This document shows positions 1 to 13,169 of a stretch of 64,000 bases of DNA, in pieces. The DNA comes from Zootoca vivipara (Eukaryota): assembly GCF_963506605.1 (NCBI RefSeq), contig NC_083282.1, positions 868,001-932,000 on the forward strand, written 5' to 3'. The notes beneath the pieces are model-generated. The model saw nothing but the letters and a program-made list of their open reading frames with translations, did no database searches and was not told the DNA's origin. A program made the translations under genes and the position numbers. Position 1 is the first letter of the stretch. The number at the start of each line of letters is the position of its first letter.

Positions 1-132
1 CATCAATAAGGGGTTTTGGGTTTTTTAAATTGTGGATACAATGTCCCATTCAAAAGAGAAACATCATATTGTGGGAGCATTTGGAGACATATACCTACAT
101 ACAAGGGAACGGGTGTAGAAAAATACCATGTA

Positions 133-376
133 CAGTCGTACCTTAGATCTCAAACGCCTTGGCTCCCAAATGAATCGGCTCCTGAACGATCAAAACCCGG
201 AAGCGACGTTTTCAAACGTTCTTTTGGAAGCCGAACATCCGACAGGGCTTCTGCAGCTTCCGATTGGCTACAGGAGCTTCCTGCAGCCAATCAAAAGCCG
301 CACTTTGGTTTCCAAATGTTTTGGAAGTTGAACGGACTTCCAGAATGAATTCCATTCGACTTCCAAGGTACGACTG
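133..376. mobile_element. Tc1/mariner (Tigger-like) MITE
   Basis: TIRs CAGTCGTACCTT...AAGGTACGACTG flanked by TA on both sides. Confidence 0.75.
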
Positions 377-3089
377 TACACATGACCTAAGTATTTCCAA
401 ACACAATAGTGATTTCTACAGCTAAGAGTGAGAGCTAGACACAATATAAGAATTCATAGTCGCATAGAATCATAGAACCTTGTTGATGCATTTCATTAGT
501 AAAAGCACAAGTCCATGTAGGAATAAATCTTTCAGGAAATATCTCTAAAGAAGGAACAGCAGAAACCATTTCTGAGGACCCATTAGTAGGCGGAGGCCTG
601 GGCCACAAACGGAAGAACTGTCACATTCAAATATAAGGGAAAGGGTTAAGAAATGAGTCCCCAAATGCATAGGCTTAAAAGCAGGTCCTGGGTCTGAAGA
701 TACCTGTCTTATTGTACCAGGAACAACTTGTATGTTTGTGTGCTCCCTATTCACCTCACCATCTTCCTCTGCTCACACATCCAGCTTCAGCAAAGCTTTT
801 CTTGTTTAAAGCTCTCCTTCCAGAAACATCTGAACTGAGATCTGAGCACTACCAACAAACCAGGATATCAAACAGCATCTCTAAGATCACTGAGACCAGT
901 TTCCCAATTTGGATAGCAGAGAAACTATGACTTAAGAAACCAGGAAAGCTCTGTCAAAGCTGGGAGTGCAATGAGGACCACATGGCTAATTCCTGGTCCA
1001 GTATTGTTCTGCTGAAACTAGGCCAGTAACTGGTCCAAGTATCTTTCCTGAGAAATTCATACAGGTTTTCAATTCTGACTTTAATGCTTCCCACGCATAT
1101 TTCTCACAGGAGTCATTAAAAAATTATTAGATTGTCTCTCTCATATCATGCTCAAGAGAACAGAACTCCCCCAGAGAGCTGAAGAAAGAATATGTGCTAT
1201 TCCCATCACAAACATGATTCCAAGGAAAGGGATAATGAGTTTTTTCACCCCCACACAAATGTCTTTAAATAGAAAACAGCAAATTCGTCTTCCTTTGTGT
1301 GTTTACTTGCAGATGGTGGGAGGGAAACAAGCACACTGGCTGATGCATAACTCCTTCACAGAAACAAACAGGAAGGTACCATTGTGATGTCATTTGCTTC
1401 ACTGAGCCTCAACCAATTCCAGGAAGGAAAAGCGAACAATGCGCAGCAAATCCTCAGCATGGAATTGATGCCTGACTGGGTGTAACAAGGGAATGGTGCA
1501 CGCTAATTCCATTAGAAAGGGATCTGGTGAGCGCTTGGGTCCCCCTAAATTGCTGTCTAATTTAAAACAGCAATTCCCAGAACAAAAGCTGTCCAGGCAG
1601 AACAGAATCTGGCTGGGCCATTATGCAGTGGCTTGTTGTTTAGTCGTTTAGTCATGTCCGACTCTTCATGACCCCATGGACCAGACCCACATTTTGGACC
1701 ATCTACTGCTGAACAAGAGGTCATGAAGGCAAGAAAGTGGCAGTAAAAGAGGACTTGGCTGCATTCTTAGTGCCTCCTTTGACTGACTGAACTAAACAAA
1801 CCAACACCCAAGATTTAGAAACTGCCTTTCTGAGGTGTTCAGCACTTGCTTAATTTAACACAAAAAAACAGTCAAGCTGCCAAGTTAAGGACCCTAAAAT
1901 GATGTCCAGAAACCCATCACATGGTGGCTCATGAACTGCCCGGGTCTCACTTGTTCACCTTCATTCTGTATTAATGACATTTGGGGCAGAGAATATGATA
2001 TTCTGATCATCCTGGAAGCAGAGCCGTAGCTAGGTGGTATTGTGCCCCTGGCAGAACCGTCCAGATGGCACCCCCTAGCCATGGACAAATGAGCTCTTAT
2101 TTCCACCTCTCCTCCAACCCACCCCCCTCCACCCATTCAATTCACCCTTTATTTAAAACCATTTCTTATGAGGCAATAATCAATATTTATATTTATGGAC
2201 ATACTTTTAGCCAATTTTGTGCCCCCCAATCCCCTGCGCCCCTGGCAGGGGCCCACCTTGCCACCTTGCCTAGCTATGGTCCTGCCTGGAAGATGGCTAC
2301 ATGAGATCTTCAAACTCTCATGCAATATACAAAATTAATGTGTGGGTCTATGCATGGGGAGCCCCACTGCATCCTACTGAGGCTCCAGTTCTCTCTCTCC
2401 TGCTCTTGGCAACAAGAATGCAGGATTCCTTGACCTCAGGCACCTGCATTGCATGCCTTCTCACCTATAAACAGCTTCCAATAACAACAAAAAATGGGAA
2501 GGAGCCAGTTGCAGCTTCTCATTGCAAGCCTATGGTATGCTAAGTAGGATGGGGTGAAGTCGGGGTGTGGCTCCACTTTTCTACAACCCCCAACACACTT
2601 GACATGCGCTTAGCGAATGGTTTCGCCCAACACTTTCTCTCTCACACCCACCTGCCTGTTCTTGCAGACCAGGGGGGGCTGCTGGCTAGATAGCTGCTGC
2701 TGCTGCTGCTGTTCATTTTTAATTGACCATTTTGTTTAGGAGGACATATGCATGATTAGCCCTGCGCTAAAAAGAGGAGCTGGTAACCTAGCAACAAACT
2801 GAGTGCTATAAGAACTGAGTGCTCCAAGGTTCTTCTTTCAGTAGGAGAGGGAATCTGGCAGGAATGAATGCGCTGGGTAGGAAAGCGAATTTTTGACAAG
2901 GAGAAATGATTGGAGGAGGAGGCCTGCGAGAGCAAATGATTCGATAAGGAGAAAATATTTCCAGCAAAGTACATTTGGACTAGTGGAGTGGCTTGAGGTT
3001 TGGTTGTTGCATAAGAGCATCCCTGCCGGGTCTGGCTCAGGTCTCTCCATTTCCCAAGAGCCGCCGCCTATTCTCTATTCTGGGAATTC

Positions 3090-3975
3090 GCGAGGCGGGC
3101 CGCCTGCTGCTTCTCGAGAGCGCCTGATATTCCGCGCTAAACTGCCTCTGAAGAGGGAGGCTCCATTGAGCGAGCGTGGCCAAGCTGAAGCGCGGAGACC
3201 CACCAAGCAGGAGCAACTCGGAGGCGCGCAGCTGTGCCGGGAAGGATGGCAGGCAAAGACGCCGCGCGCGATGGAGCGCCACGGGGACAGCGCACGCACA
3301 AGGACGGTGGTGGCGGCCGCTCTCCGGGTCCCCGGGGTGGGTGGCGGGGTGCCTGCGCTGGGGCCACCCAAGGCGTGGCAAGGGGCGCCAGTGCCGCTAA
3401 GCGCAAAACTCGCCAAGGCGGCGCCCGCGGGCTTCTTTTGCATTGCTTTGTCCCCGCCCGGGCATGGCCTCTGAGCATGGGCAGAGCGCCCGGGCGTGGC
3501 AGCGAGGGGAAGGCGAGGCGACCAGCATCTTCGCTCCGGCGGGCGCGTCTTAGGGAGGGACAGAAGGAAGGAAGGAAGGAAGGAAGGAAGGAGCCACTCA
3601 CCGAAGTAGACGGTCTTGTCGCACTTGGGACACTTGGATGCCATGGCGCGCGCTGGAGGCGGACGAGCGGCAGAGTGGAGCGTCTCCGGCGCCGGCGCCC
3701 GACCTCCCTCCCTCCCGCGCGCCCGCCTCCGCCCCCGCCCGGCGCCCATTGGCTGCGCGCTCCGCCCGGACCGAGAGGGGGCGGAGCCCGTGGCGCTGGC
3801 GGGCGGCGCGAGGAGCAGGCGCCCCCCCCCTCACACGCCAGACGCCGCCCGGGCAGCCGGGGGGACGGGCGGGGCGGGGCGGGGCGGGGCAGGGCGGCGG
3901 CTGCGGTGGGCGCTGCTTCCCACGGGGCGCGCCTCTCCCACGGGGCGCCTCACCCCATCGCCCACCATGGGCGGA
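3090..3975 (-). promoter_or_regulatory. CpG island / CRIP2 promoter
   Basis: Very CpG-rich; CCAAT box (attgg ~3748); stacked GGGCGG boxes ~3868-3890. Confidence 0.8.
3602..3644 (-). CDS. CRIP2: Cysteine-rich protein 2 (LIM domain), coding exon 1; the gene continues beyond the left edge
   Basis: GCCATGG Kozak start; encodes MASKCPKCDKTVYF, matching the CRIP2 N-terminus; phase-1 donor G|GTGAGT at 3601. Confidence 0.92.
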
Positions 3976-4024
3976 GAAGGGGCTTCTTCCATGTGACAGC
4001 CCTCTAGTCTAGATAAATGAAAAT

Positions 4025-4470
4025 GGTCATCCTATCTCCTCTTCAACTGTTCCTCACAAGGCTTGGTTTCCAGACCCTTGAACACCTTGGTTGCCCTTCT
4101 CTGCACACGTTCCAGCTTGTCAATCTCCTCCTTAAATTGTGGTGCCCAGAACTGGACACAGTATTTCAGGTGTGGTCTGACCAAGGCAGAATAGACTGGT
4201 ACTTTACTTCCCTTGATCTGGACACTCGACGTCTGTTGATGCAGTCTAGAAGAGCATTAGCTTTTTTTGCTGCTGCATGACATTGTCCACTCATGTTCAT
4301 CTTGTAGCCTAATAAGACCCCTAGATCCTTTTCACATGAACTACTGGCAGGCAAGGTGTCTCTCATCTTACACTGGTGGAGACCCTTCTTCCTGCCTAAG
4401 TGCAGAACCCTATAGCCTATCCCTATTGAACTTCATTTTGTTTGTTTGGGCCCAGTTTCCCAATCTGTTA
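4025..4470 (-). mobile_element. CR1 LINE fragment
   Basis: Minus strand encodes CEKDLGV...[14 protein letters not shown]...SRSREV, typical of the CR1 ORF2 C-terminus. Confidence 0.8.
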
Positions 4471-5124
4471 AGGAGGTGGTTTTTAACCCGTGTGCCATGG
4501 CACCCTGGGGTGCCTTGAATGATGGTCAGGGGTGCCTTGGGCAACCCTGGCCTCTGTCCCTTTTTCTTTCTGTCCTTCCCTCCCTCCTCTGATGCCCTCT
4601 TGCGTCACGGCCTCGGAGTAAGCAAGCAAGTGGATGGGGGGCCAAGTCAGCCAGTCCACCAGCCCTTGGTGTTGGGAATGCACAGAAAGGGGGAGGGCAG
4701 GAAGGCAGGCAGGCAGGCAGGTGCAGCCCTGGACCTTTCTTCTGCTTGCTGTGTGCAGTGCCTGCCTGGGAGCTGAAGGGGAGCTGCTGCCTCCCAAGGC
4801 AAGTAAGGTGCTGGCCTGACATCCACCTTGGGCCAGTCAGGCCACTAAGGCTGGGGACATCCTCTTGTGGGGCGACGGAAGGAGGCACCTCTTGTGGGGG
4901 TGGGAGTGGCTCATAGACCAGATGACTCCCAACGAGAGGAGAGAGGAGGTTGGGGAAACACTCCGCAAGGGAAGGTGTTCCAAAAGGGGTGAGGGGCTGC
5001 CAGCTTTGCAGGCAAGGGGTGAAATGGGCTTCTGAGGCTCAGAGTGTGATTCCCTACAGGGGAGCCGCAGAGAGGATGTAGCTGGTCAAGGGAGCCATGG
5101 ACTCAAAAAGGCTGAAAACCTCTA

Positions 5125-5725
5125 TGTTAAGGGGATCTTGAATCCCAATTCTGTCTTCTGCAGCATTAGCTATCCCTCCCCCTTTGGTGTCATCTGCAAA
5201 TTCCCCGTTCAAGTCACTTATAAAGATGTTGAACAACAACGGGCCCAGGACAGAACCCTGTGGCACCCACTTGTCACTTTTTTCCAGGATGATGAGGAAC
5301 TTTTTATGAGAGATTTACTACAAGCGAAGACTGCTAAAAAATCTCTGTGCCCACACGCTTCCTCAGTGCAAGCCTAGCAGAGTGGAAGCCGTTGGAAGAC
5401 TATTAATGTGGTTCAATCAGTTGATCAGCTACAAATCCACCTAGCAGTCACCTTATCCAACTCACATTTTACTAGCATGTCTGCAAGTATATCATGGGTG
5501 ACTTTTTCAGACGTGTTACTGAAATCAGTAGGTACCAATTCCACTGCTCTCTCCTCATCCACCAAGCTTGTAGTTCTATAAAATAAAAAAGAGGTTTGTC
5601 TGGCTTGACTTGTTTTTGAGAAACCCTTTCTGGGTCTTAGTAATCACAGCATCCTTTTGTAAGTGCTCACAGACTGACTGTTGAATTATCTGTTCTAGGA
5701 CCTTCCCTGGTATCAATGTCAATGG
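5125..5725 (-). mobile_element. CR1 LINE RT fragment, interrupted by an L2 element and resuming at ~6140-6390
   Basis: Peptides VPQGSVLGPLLFNIFISDL..FADDTK and LTLIPGKVLEQII. Confidence 0.8.
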
Positions 5726-5730
5726 TTGGT

Positions 5731-6140
5731 AATAATAATAATAATAATAATAATATTTATACCCCACCCATCTGGCTGGATTTCCCCAGGCACTCTGGGC
5801 AGCTTCCAACAAAATATTAAAATACAATAGTCTGTCAAACATTGAAAGCTTCCCTAAACAGGGCTGCTTTCAGATATCTTCTAAAAGTCTGGTAGTTGTT
5901 TTTCTCTTTGACATCTGATGGGAGGGCATTCCACAGGGCGGGCGCCACTACCGAGAAGGCCCTCTGCCTGGTTCCCTGTAGCTTTGCTTCTCACAGTGAG
6001 GGAACCGCCAGAAGGCCCTCAGCGCTGGACCTCAGTGTCCAGGCAGAAGGATGGGGGTGGAGACGCTCCTTCAGGTATCCTGGACTGAGGCCGTTTCGGG
6101 CTTTAAAGGTCAGCACCAACAATTGTACTCAGAAACATAC
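5731..6140 (-). mobile_element. L2-type LINE 3' end with (TAT)n tail
   Basis: Reverse complement of the 3' end of the 13170-14266 element. Confidence 0.8.
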
Positions 6141-7677
6141 CCAATTATCTTGGTCTTATTTTTTTCCACTTTTTGAACATGGGAGCAACATTTGCCCACC
6201 TCCAGTCTGCAGGGACCTCCCCTGATCCCCAGTAATTCTTAAAGATCATAGACAAAGGCTATGACGTTATATCCACAAGCTCCTTTGGTACCCTTAGGTG
6301 CAGCTCATCAGGCCCTGGAGATTTGAATTCATTTAAATCTCCAGGTGTTCCCTGACCACCTCTTTCCCTATCTTGGGCTGCAACTCTGTGACAGACAGCA
6401 GAGCCTGGACAGTCTGGTGATGCGATGCAGTCCCTTGGAATTCCACCAGAGGGCTAGAGCCTTTCTCTGAATGGCTACCTGGCAAGACAGCACTTGGGGA
6501 GGGGGAATAAAAGGAGCCGTTTCTGAGAGAGAGAGAGTTCCTACTGGGTGGATGATGAGTGTAGTGCCTAACTGTAAAGGTAGCTGTGCTGTGGGGGAAA
6601 GTGTATGGTTGCCATTTTCTGCCTTTGGAACAGTTTGCTTGTGTCAGAGCTGGGCAAGAAATGTACAGTAGACCCAAATATATTTCAAAAGCATCATTTG
6701 CTTCCCACTGAAAACAGAGAGAAGCACTCAAGAAAAACCAAAATAGTTTTGGAAACTTATTCCCACAGAACCTTGGATCAGACCATTGCCTGTGGAATTG
6801 AACTTACGGCCTGGAGGTTAGGGGGGCAAGTGGCTCTGGTGGCCCCCTCTCCTCCCCCACCCCCCATCTTTCAAGAGAGGGAGGGGCGAGCAGCAGCTGC
6901 TCCTCCAAGCAACAGGTGGTGTCTCTATGCTCTTTGGGCAGCCCTGTTGGGGCTCCGAGAGAAAGAGTGGAATGAGCAGCTGTTCTGGCAAGAGGCAGAC
7001 AATGGGTCCACTCACCCACTTTCGGGGTTAGCACCTTGTTCCTCCCAGAGGGAGGGCAGACACATGCCGCTGGGAGAGAGAGAGAAGCCACTAGAGACAT
7101 GGCTGGCAGCTCTTTGCAACTGATATGTCCTCCACAGGATGGTGGAAGGCAGGAGGCCAAGGTACAGCTGCTTCACAAAATACACAGTGAGGAACCTGGG
7201 CCACGCAGCCTGGCACTCAGAAGAGAAATGCTGGGCAAGGCAGGAGCTGCAGCTCTTTAAAGGGTTGTGCCATTATTATTATTATTATTATTATTATTAA
7301 ATTTAAAACTGAGACTGGCGCCTGTAGCTGTGGACCTCAATGCTTGCTGGGCCCTGCTAGGTGCTAATGCTACGTCTGATTATGATTGCACTTAAGAAAA
7401 TGCAAAGGAAGGATTAGGTGAGCTGGCACTGTAAGCTGTGTTTCTTATAGGGCTAATAGACCCCTGGGCATGAGACACAAGAGAACTATCAGTCTCCTTC
7501 GCCAAGAAAATAACTTTTTGCAATCACAACCAAATAATTCAAGTAATGGGGCTGATTTTTAATGATTTACATGACAGTAGAACAACATCTACAACAATAG
7601 GTGCAACAGGGGTGGGTTCTGGAGACATGGCAAAAAGTCAGTATTTCAAAGAAGAATGGAATCTGAACTCTTAGGAG

Positions 7678-9133
7678 CAGGGATCAGCAAACTAAGGCCC
7701 GTGGGCCAGATTCAGCCCAATTGCCTTCAGGATCCAGCCCACGGACCGTCCGTGGATTGGCGTGGGGATTCTGATCATTCAGGCTGCGCCATTCCCGCCC
7801 CTCTCCCTCACACACACCGCAGCAGTGCCTCCTCCCTAGGAAATCATGTCAAGAAAAATAAAAGTTGACTCTGAGTGCAGGGTTTTCAATTAACAGTGGA
7901 CTTTTGATTACAACCATTCACATCCAATTGCCATACGCTGTCTCATCCACCAACAAGCACTGTGTTGTAAAAAATCACTGAAGTTGGACTGTCATGAAAA
8001 CTGTAGTATCTTGTGTTAACTTCATTAGAGCTCATGCACTAAACCACAGACAGTTCCAGGAATTTCTGTCTGAGTTAAATGTTGAGCATGAAGATATTCC
8101 GTACCACACAGAAGTCTGTTGGCTGAGTCAAGGGAGAGTTTTGAAACATTTTTATGTCTTACCTCCGCATGTTTATGATTTTATGCTTATGAAAAACAAA
8201 GAGTACTTGAGCTCCAAGATGCAGAATGGAAATGGCTGCTTGCCTTTCTGACAGACGTAACAAAAATACTCAACATTTTCAATCTTCAACTGCGAGGAAA
8301 GGGGAAGCTCATGTGTGATATGTTTTCACATGTGAAAGCAAAATTCAAGCAAAATTAGACCTCCTCATTAAACAAGTGAAGGAGGAAAACTTCTGCCATG
8401 TGCCCACAACTCAAAACTTGTCAGCGGGAAAACCAGCAGTTGCATTCCCAAACGAAACATGTGTGGATTTACTGGACATTTTGCAAAAGGAGTTTCAAAC
8501 TCGATTTAAAGAGTTTCACATCCATGAGCAGAACATACAGCTTTTCCAGGACCCATTTTCTTTTGACATTGAAACTGCTGATCCAATTTACCAAATGGAT
8601 TTGGTCATACTACAGAACTGTGACTCTTCGAAAGACGCTTACAAATCAATCAGCCTCACAAATTTCTATGCAGCTATCCCCTCTGAGACGTATCTGAATC
8701 TCAGGAAGCTTGCACTCAAATTTGCAACCATCTTTGGCGGCACCTCTATCTGTGAACCAGACTTTTCCCCAAATGAAACATCTGAAATCTCCAACCTGAT
8801 CCAGACTAACTGATGAACATGTGCATCACTTGCTACGACTAGCAGTGACAAATATGGAACCGGATATCGACCATCTCATTAGTCAAAAGCAGGCCCACAC
8901 TTCCCATTGAAATACTTATAAGTTTATTTATGTTGATTAAAATCATTCTTCATTTTAAAAATTGTATTGTTTTTCCTGTTTTTTGTGTACTACAAATACA
9001 AAATGTGCAGTGTGCATAGGAATTCATTCATTCCCCTACCCAAAAAATATAGTCCAGCCCCCTGCAAGGTCTGAGGGACAGTGGACTGACTCCTGCTTGG
9101 AAGCGATGAACTCAGTCTTCTTGACCCCACCTG
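7678..9133 (+). mobile_element. Decayed hAT DNA transposon (Charlie/SPIN/OC1 group, GTF2IRD2-like transposase remnant)
   Basis: Left TIR CAGGGATCAGCAAAC; frameshifted peptides [38 protein letters not shown] and FGGTSICE (dimerisation domain); 3' subterminal sequence shared with MITEs at 41169 and 48902. Confidence 0.85.
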
Positions 9134-9874
9134 CACTGAACAGCAGAGAGCAGCTCATTCTCAGGTTTGTCTTCTGTGGCATCAGCACACAAGTCAGTGT
9201 TTCTTTTGGTCACCAGCTTGATTTTCCCCAGCCATGTTGCAGTTTAGTATAGCTTTAAATGCTGATAGAAGCATGGGCGTAGGCAGGGGGGCAGGAGGGG
9301 GCAGCTGCCCCCCCTAGAAGCAAAAAAATAATGTATTTTACAGACCATAACCAGCACTTTTCCCCTCCAAAAACTGAAGTGGAAAGGGCTTTGCTTTAGC
9401 AAGAGCAGCTAAGTCTCCGCTTGCTGGGGGGGGGGACACAGCTGTAACAAAAACACATCAAATAAATAAAGCAAAGTGGCTACCAGTAGTTAAGCAGTTA
9501 AGACAATGGAGCATATATCCCCAGGCAAGATTCGATAGCTGACCATTTCACCCTATTGTTCTTAAGTGGGAGTTGTTAATGAGCATTCAGGAGCATTAAG
9601 AGTTCTGTTGGCGATTTAATGAGGGTGCAGGCTCAGAGGATTCAATTTGACTAAGGTGGCTCTGCAAGGCTAAAAAGAAGTGAATAAGAAAGGGGGGAGG
9701 CTGTAGCTTTGACAGACACAGTGATGTTTATAAAAAGCACAGGTGTTCCAGTCTGCCCCTCCTCCTGCATCTGTATACTGTAAATCAGGGGTGGCCACCT
9801 CCCAAGAGACTCTGATCTACTCAGAGTTTAAAACTGGGGGTGATCTACCCCCTTTTGGGGGGTTCAGGTCAAAG

Positions 9875-10250
9875 CTGTTGGGGTGGGGTGAGGGTTGGGG
9901 TTGGGGTAGGTTTAGAGGCAAGGGTGAGGTTTAGAGTTAGTGTTAGATTTGGCTTAGGATTTAGTGTGATGGTTATGGTGAAAGTTTGTTAGGATGGATA
10001 CAGGGCCGTCTTAAGCACCTCTGGCGCCCTGGCGCGACAGATCCCTCCAGCGCCCCCCCCCCGGCGCCCCATTTTCCAGCACGGCAGGCGGGCGGGCACA
10101 GCGTAGGGCCGGCCCTGGATGGATATAGGGTTTGGGTTAAGGTAGGGGTAGGGGCTGGGGTTAAGTTAGGAATAGGTTTAGCATGTTAGAGTTAGGGGGT
10201 GGGGCGAGTTGAGGGTTAGGGGGTTTAGGGTTGGGTTAGGGATTAGATTC
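9875..10250 (+). repeat. Degenerate telomere-like (TTAGGG variant) tract
   Basis: Hexamer-periodic GGGTTA/GGTTTA/GGGTTG/GGGGTA units with several exact TTAGGG. Confidence 0.6.
10001..10117. mobile_element. hAT MITE (CAGGGCCG TIR family)
   Basis: TIRs CAGGGCCG...CGGCCCTG; perfect 8-bp TSD GATGGATA. Confidence 0.85.
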
Positions 10251-10858
10251 GGATTCTCTACAAAAAAATAAATAGAAAGTGCTGCTGCATTAGGGGGACA
10301 AAAGGCAACTAGCCATTCATAATTTCTGCCTGTAACCAGGTTGCAGGAGCCATGTGGCAAATAGCTTTTCTATCCCAATTTCTAAAACTGCCAGGAAGAT
10401 GTGTGTTGTTCATCCATTTTGTATTCAAAATTTTCCAGCTTTTCATTAATGATTAGGAACTCTGCCACATGCTCATTACAATCCTTCTTGGATTCAAACC
10501 TCAGAATAAAGAAATCTCTCACAAATATACAATGTGAACACTTGCTTGTGAATCATATGCTTTTTCTAAGTTTTGGAGCATCTTTGCCTCTTACCTTCTT
10601 TGGTGGAAATCATCTGGGAAATTTTTGAAGATGATAGACACTGCTCACCTGTTTTGCTTCCCCCAGGACTTTGAGTCTTCACCTCTATCGGGTTTTGCTT
10701 TCTTAATACATTCAAAAATGCAAAAGAAAGAAAAAAGCTTCCAAAATTATTATTTTTAAAATGCACACATAGAATGCAAAAATGCTAGTATTTCAAAACT
10801 TTCCCAGGATGCAAAAAACAAGAATTTAAAATTCAGAAATCAAAAAATCCTGCCTGTA

Positions 10859-11324
10859 GAGTGGTACCTTGGTTCCTAACTTAACCCATTCTGGAAGTCC
10901 GTTCCAAAACCAAAGTGTTCCAAAGCCAAGGCAGGCTTTCCCATAGAAAGTAATGCAAAATGAATTAATCCAATTTAACATGAATTTTACTATCTAACAA
11001 GACCATTGGTCCATAAAATGAAAACAATAAACAATGTACTGCAGTGACACAATCCATCAATCAGTAGCTGAACTGGGTTCCACACAGTCACAAAAACAAA
11101 CAAAGCGCCGCAAAAACAAAAATGCAAAATAGCAAAAACAGACAGACCTCAGCATAACACTCAAAACGGAAGTGTGGCACTCAACTTGGAAGCGTAACAC
11201 TCAAAATGGAGCACATTCAGCTTCCAAAAAAAGTTCACAAACCGGAACACTTACTTCCAGGTTTGCAGTTTTTGGGTTCCAAGTTGTTTGAGTGCCAAGT
11301 TGTTTGAGAACCAAGGTACCACTG
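10859..11324. mobile_element. Tigger-like MITE
   Basis: TIRs AGTGGTACCTTGG...CCAAGGTACCACTG. Confidence 0.7.
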
Positions 11325-13169
11325 TCCTGCATTGAATTTAAAGTGTAGAGAAAAAAAGGAGAAGCTTGATAGCTCGGCTGTGTCACATCACAACATTGCC
11401 ATCTATTGGCCAAAACAGAAGTTGCAACAGTAAAACTTGTTTAAAATTCATTTTTTAAAATCAAAAAATGCTCAAAATCTCTGAAAAATACTTTTAGCTC
11501 TGAGATTAAGCTACCATATGCCTGGGGCCATGAATTTTTGATAGGGAGTTAGGTGGATATTGAATGCTCTAGAGTACAGTCAGTGATCCCTGCTACCCAC
11601 GTGCATTAGTAACAATGGGACCACAGGCACCAACTTTGGGGGGGGGTGCAGGCCCATGTGTGTGATGTCACATAGTGAAAGGATGCTGCAAGGCCTGGTG
11701 CAGCTGTGGGAAGGCTTGATGGGGCCGGCTGCAGGCCGCAAAATATTGAAAATGGGGGTGGGGGGTGGGAGGCCCTTGGCGCCACCTAGATGGGGGACCC
11801 TGATTGGGGCTCACGGTTATGAGACTTGCATTCCAATCCATGGGGCTTGACTCTCTCCTTACAGCCTATTGCAGCAGAGTTTAATAGTTTGCACAGCAAT
11901 ACAGAGGCAAATCAGGCAGTGAAGCATCTATGAGAAATGGTCTGCATTAAATCTCTGACCCAGGTGACCCCACTTTTTGGACCAGAGTCCTGGCGGGGAG
12001 CAGCTTCATGGAACAAGGATCCCATGGGGCAATATTGCCTGCCAGTAGATGGAGCGTGGGGTGCTGCAGTAGTAATAATTAATAATAATACTAACATTTT
12101 TATGATTTGTACTCCTCCTATCTGGCTGTTTCCCCAGCCACTCTGGGCAGCCTGCAGAAGATATAAAAACATAGTAAAACCTCAAACCTTAAAAACTTCC
12201 CTGAGCAGGGCTGCCTTCAGATGTCTTCTAAGAAGAGTCAGCTCATTTCCTTGACATCTGAAGGGAGAGTGTTCCATAGGGAGGACACCAGAAGACTCTC
12301 GGAGGAGGCGGAATGCAGCAGCCCCCCCCCCGCCGCCGCCCCCGCCCCCCGTGTTGGAGGCTGCTTGGCCCCCTTTCCCTCACCAGTCCCCTCCTCCTGC
12401 ATGTGAGCTTGCAGGGGGGAGGCCTCTGCCCTCTTGACGTGCCCTCGCTGCATCAGGAGCCCTCCGTCCCCTTGGCCATCCTGCTCTGGGGAAGGGGGTG
12501 GTGGTGTGTCTTTGCAGGCGTTCATGAAGGGGGAGATAGTGCCCTCCTCCGATAGGGAAGCGGTCGGTCTCGGTGCCCCCTCACCTTCTGGAATTGGCTG
12601 GAGCGCCTCCCCCGGCTCTCTGCTTACCCACACGCTTGGTTTTCCTTCTTCTTGGGTGCCCGCCCTACTTCTTTTGTGTAGCAGCCAGGGGGAGTCGGGG
12701 ACGTGTGGGACAGAGGGACCCCCCAGGACCCTCGCCTGCTTGACCTAGCAGCCCCCAGGGCAGCTGTGGGCCTTTGTCCCTCAAGGGCAGGAGCTCTTGG
12801 CGCTGCTTGGCTGATGGAGGAATGAGGGGAGGGTCGCCCCAGGAACTGCCTCGAAGGGGGAGGGTCCCCACCACCCCACCTCTGGTGTCTTGGCTGGGTG
12901 GGGGTGTTGGGAGGGGTCTTCCTCCTTTTCTTTGACAGTGATACACCCCCCTCTCCTCCTCCCTTCCTAAAGTGGCCCCCCCTCTCTTGGCCTGGCAGTC
13001 CCTGCGGATTTCACCCGGCCAGACTTTGCTCCATTTCACCAGCGGCGATGTGGTCTGGGTCCTGGCCCTGGCCCTGAAGCCCCTTGCGCCCGCTGGGACA
13101 TCCAAAGAACCCCCAATTACAAGGTACCTGGAAGCAGCTTCCTCTCCAGTATGAGACCCCCACTTATGG

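Noticed and set aside
2893-4012. Long overlapping ORFs (193-257 aa) over the CRIP2 island
   Set aside because: GC-rich stop depletion; only the 43-nt exon is homologous to a known protein
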